A stretch of DNA of 64,000 nucleotides, from positions 81,036,001 to 81,100,000 of the forward strand of contig CM059432.1 in the NCBI GenBank assembly GCA_030390025.1, in the 5' to 3' direction. Each line of letters begins with the position of its first letter. Positions within the stretch are counted from its first letter, which is position 1. Under the pieces are notes generated by a model. It saw nothing but the letters and a program-made list of their open reading frames with translations, had not been told where the DNA came from and did no database searches. Positions 60,449 to 64,000 of the stretch are shown here, in pieces. The translations under genes were made by a program, and so were the position numbers. This stretch comes from Squalus acanthias (lineage: Eukaryota).

Positions 60449-61090
60449 GTAAGTGCTGGTTTTTGTACTTTAATTTCATAAAACAGGAATAAAATATTGT
60501 AAAGGTTCATTATTTTCACTGATGTAATCTAGTTATGTTGCAAACTTTTAAGCATGGATGTTAGTAACTAAATGTTACAAACCAAGAGGACATCTTCATA
60601 TTTTGACAACTTGTTCGAACTGTACTGATAATACTTTTAAGTGTTGCCGTGGATTATTTTGTGCAGTCTGGGGAAGGGACTGGAATATGTTTAACAGCTG
60701 CTAATAAATATGGTTGGTGCTCCAGATTTTACTTTGGCTGGTTGTATCCAACACACATTCAAAAACAGGAATAATAGAAAACTGGCCAGTCATTACGTAT
60801 ACATTTAGGGCTGGATTTTGCCATTGGTGGCGGGTTGGGGGCGAGTCAGGTGGTTGGCAGGTCCCGCTCCCGCCTCCGATGTCAGGCGGGATAATTTCGC
60901 TATTTTGCCCTAATTAGGCAATTGATTCCCAGTGTGTGCGCACCCCTGGCCCAATGAGTCTTTTGGACCTGAAACTCGCCTCTGATGACGTCATTTATGC
61001 AGCTGCATTTAAGGGGTCCAAGCAGCCTTGGTTCATTTTCTGCCTCAGAACTTTTATTTGCTAATCTCCTAACGGTTTTGTCCTCTTGAA

Positions 61091-63053
61091 ATGTCTAGTT
61101 CAAGGTCTAAGGCTGCACCCCGGTTTGATGATGACTCCCTCCATGCTCTGGTGGAGGGAGCCAGTGCTCAGAAGGAGGTGCTGTTTCCTTCCTCTGGGAG
61201 GAAAAAACCTCCCCAGCAGACGAAAGCTGTGTGGCTGCAAGTGGCACAGGAGGTCAGTTCGAGATCAATGTGCAGCAGAACCTGGCTGCAGTGCCGGAAG
61301 AGGCTTAATGACCTTGTCCGCACAGGAAAAGTGAGTACAACATCCCCATGACCCTCAATCTGCTCCCCATCACCTCTCATCACCAGCACTCTGCATTGTC
61401 AACCTCTTCCTCCACATCCCACTTTACCCTTATATCCCTTGCACCCTTAACCATCTGTCTCTCTATGTACAGAATCACTTAACTATTCGACTATGCTGCC
61501 CTCACACTCCCTATCACTGTTATGCTATGACAACAACTAACAACACACTGGGAGGGCCCTTGGTCTTGGGACCTCACTCCATTTTTGTGTCCTTCTAAGC
61601 ATCTATGCTATGGATTCTCTGCACTCACTCCATCATTCTCACTCAAACTCCACTTGTGTCCCTCATTGCAGGAAAAGAGAGCCCACAATAAGAGGGAGAG
61701 GGCGAAGACAGGAGGAGGGCCGCCCTCAGTAGCCCAGCTCACCAGCGCTGAGGAGGCGGCCCTAGAGATCGTGGGAGCTGAGGAGGATGTGTAAGTGGGG
61801 GACGGACAGATGGGCGCATCAGAGCAAGCTGGTGACAGAATAGTTTTGCATCTCTCTCATTGACATTGCATGAATGACTGATATGGCTTCTGATGCTGAA
61901 ACAGATTGACTTATGATCATCTGTACAATTCATGTGCATGCAACGTTTATCTCACATGTCTTAACTCATTCCTTTACTCCCCCACAGGACCATTGACAGC
62001 CCCTCTCCCCACTGTCCAGGTGGAAGAGCCTGAGCCAGAAGACTCCTCAGAGGAAGCTGCAACCTCTGAGGGCGCAGCGTCAGCAGAATTCAGTGCACCC
62101 AGCACCAGCGCAGATACTCACACCTTGGTGAGACCTTTGGGAGATAGAGTAGTGTTGTCACCTGGTGTATCACAGCTCACAAGTGAGCATCAGCAGATGG
62201 TGGAGACAGGGACAGCAGTGGAGAGTCCTCGTCGGAGGCCGCAGTGCGCTCCCAGCTCGGCTCAGCTGCATGTCGACCCTGTGCCTCCGGGTCCATCCAG
62301 AAGGAGGGCGGTGCTGGAACTCCAGGAACAGGTGCAGGAGTCTCTGGCAGGTTTTGTCTCCAGGGTCACTGCGAGTGTGAGAGGATGGAGGAGTCCATCG
62401 CTAACATGAGCAGAGCCTTTGTGGAGGCATTGGCGCATGAACGCATCACCATGGAAAGGATGGCAACCTCTGTGGAAAGGATGGCTACAGTGGAGGAGAG
62501 GATGGCTATGGCTATGGAGGAGCTAAGTCGCCAGAGTGTTGAAAACATGGTGATTGTTCAGAATAGACTGACATCTCTGGAGGAGCGATGGGCAGCTATT
62601 GAGCAGAGAAACCAGAGCTTCATGGAAGTCCTCTGGAGTAGAACTGCCAGTGCAGATATGAGTCCTCATGGTCCCCTTGAAGTGTAGCAAGGTGCTGTTA
62701 AGTCACTTGCTAGCTCTGAAGTGTGGCTGACCCATGAGAGGGATGTTGGTGGCAGACAACAAGGAAGTGGGGGCTCCTCTCCAAGCGCTCACACTCCCAT
62801 GCCACTGCAGAGCCCTCGGTCAGAGCCCCACCAGAGTCCTCACCCAACTGAGATGGGTGTCTCATCCCCTGCACAGCCGCAGGAGCAGCAGACTGTTGCC
62901 GAGCCCGCACAGGCTCGCAACCCCAGAGGACGCCTGCCATAGGTGTCGAGGCAGGAGCAGCATATAAATGAGCAAGGGGCCTCCACATCTGCTGAAGCCA
63001 CAGGGGAAGCACCACGTAGGAGCATGCGTAAGAGGAAGATAAAGCACAAGTAG
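61091..63053 (+). pseudogene. Myb/SANT-like gene (exons 61091-61330, 61672-61831, 61988-63053)
   Basis: PRFDDDSLHALV...WLQVAQEV...RTWLQCRKRLNDL|gtgagt; TAA at 61792 and later frameshifts/stops; ends RRSMRKRKIKHK*; AATAAA at 63120. Confidence 0.85.
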
Positions 63054-63311
63054 TCACAAGGGTAGTCACTTGGATGTTCTGTTGTGTTTAATTGTTAAGT
63101 GCCATCCTTTAGTCTATGTAATAAAATGAAGTGACGGCAAACTGTTGAAGTTCTGGGCTGTGTCATTTCGCTAATGAAAGTTCCACATTGAGGGCTCAGG
63201 GCGACTTGGATTTGTCATCATGGTGGTCAGAGTGATAGGAAGCCACAGGTTCTTGTCCATTGTCTATGGTGTGGTAAGAAGATGTGAGCCAAATGTGTTT
63301 GATTGCGCAAC

Positions 63312-64000
63312 CTAAGCAAATCTGTCCAAGATGAGTGCATCCCTTGCATCCCGGGCAGCAATTTGCTCGCGTCCTGCTGCTACTGGTTGATGCGCCTCGC
63401 ACAAGGTCTTCGTTCTCGCTCTTCTCCTCATCCTCATCCTCATCTGAGGAGGCTATGCGCTGAGCCACTTGTCCCTCCGGCAGCTGCAAGCCACGATGCT
63501 GTGCGAGGTTGTGAAGTGCACAGCAGACCACGACGATTCTGGAGACCCTGGCTGCTGAGTACTGCAGGGCTCCACCTGATCTATCAAGGCATCTGAATCG
63601 CATCTTCAGCAAGACGATGGTTTGCTCGATAATGGATCTGGTCAAAATGTGGCTGGAGTTGTAGCGCTCCTCAGCTTCGTTGGATGGGCTCCTCAACGGC
63701 GTCATTAGCCACGTCTTCAGGGGATAGCCCTTGTCTCCAAGTAGCCATCTGCAAAGTTGGTTTGGCGGTCTGAAGAGCGGAGGCACACTAGACTGGCGCA
63801 GGATGAAGGAGTCATGGCAACTGCCAGGGCACTCGGCGCAAACATGCAAAATTTCCTTCTTGTGGTTACACACCAGCTGCATGTTGAGGGAGTGGAAGCC
63901 CTTGCGGTTGACAAAAAGAGCTGGATTGTGATGGGGTGCCAGTCTACGACGCCCTGCACCCTTGGAAAGCCTGCCATATTTGCAAATCCAACTGCATGCA
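63312..64000 (-). pseudogene. Harbinger transposase 3' half, frameshifted
   Basis: [49 protein letters not shown]; original stop at 63312-63314. Confidence 0.88.

Larger units (their letters stand above)
60808..64000 (-). mobile_element. Decayed autonomous-type Harbinger (GGGCTGGATTTT TIR), runs off the window
   Basis: TTA + TIR at 60808; Myb gene on +, transposase on -, convergent. Confidence 0.9.

Noticed and set aside
61788..61797. New donor GTAAGT rescuing the TAA in Myb exon 2
   Set aside because: Wrong phase for exon 3, and further lesions lie downstream.

Overview
This is vertebrate genomic DNA, not prokaryotic. The repeat complement (HER1/CR1 LINEs, Deu-domain SINEs, Penelope remnants, many Harbinger DNA transposons) points to a cartilaginous fish, probably a shark (inference). 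The window lies inside one + strand host gene recognised as the C8orf34 orthologue. Four coding exons (13207-13345, 16192-16323, 17061-17189 and a 29-nt exon at 60420-60448) splice in frame, and a ~43-kb intron separates the last two. Much of the rest is recognisable transposable element. The most notable object is a near-intact two-gene Harbinger/PIF transposon at 30278-34566. It has TIRs, a TAA target duplication, an uninterrupted 386-aa DDE transposase and a convergent 3-exon Myb/SANT gene broken only by one extra base in a homopolymer. About 15 related decayed Harbinger copies and MITEs accompany it. These share CRE palindromes, TATA/YY1 motifs and family-specific subterminal repeats, and three Myb genes share an unexplained conserved intron motif. 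Other items are a young CR1 joined in frame at the homologous position of an older CR1, a multi-layer nested insertion at 3790-10768 and a candidate solo LTR. Most short ORFs in the supplied track are spurious or TE fragments. Boundaries of degraded repeats are approximate, and all family names come from recognition rather than database searches.
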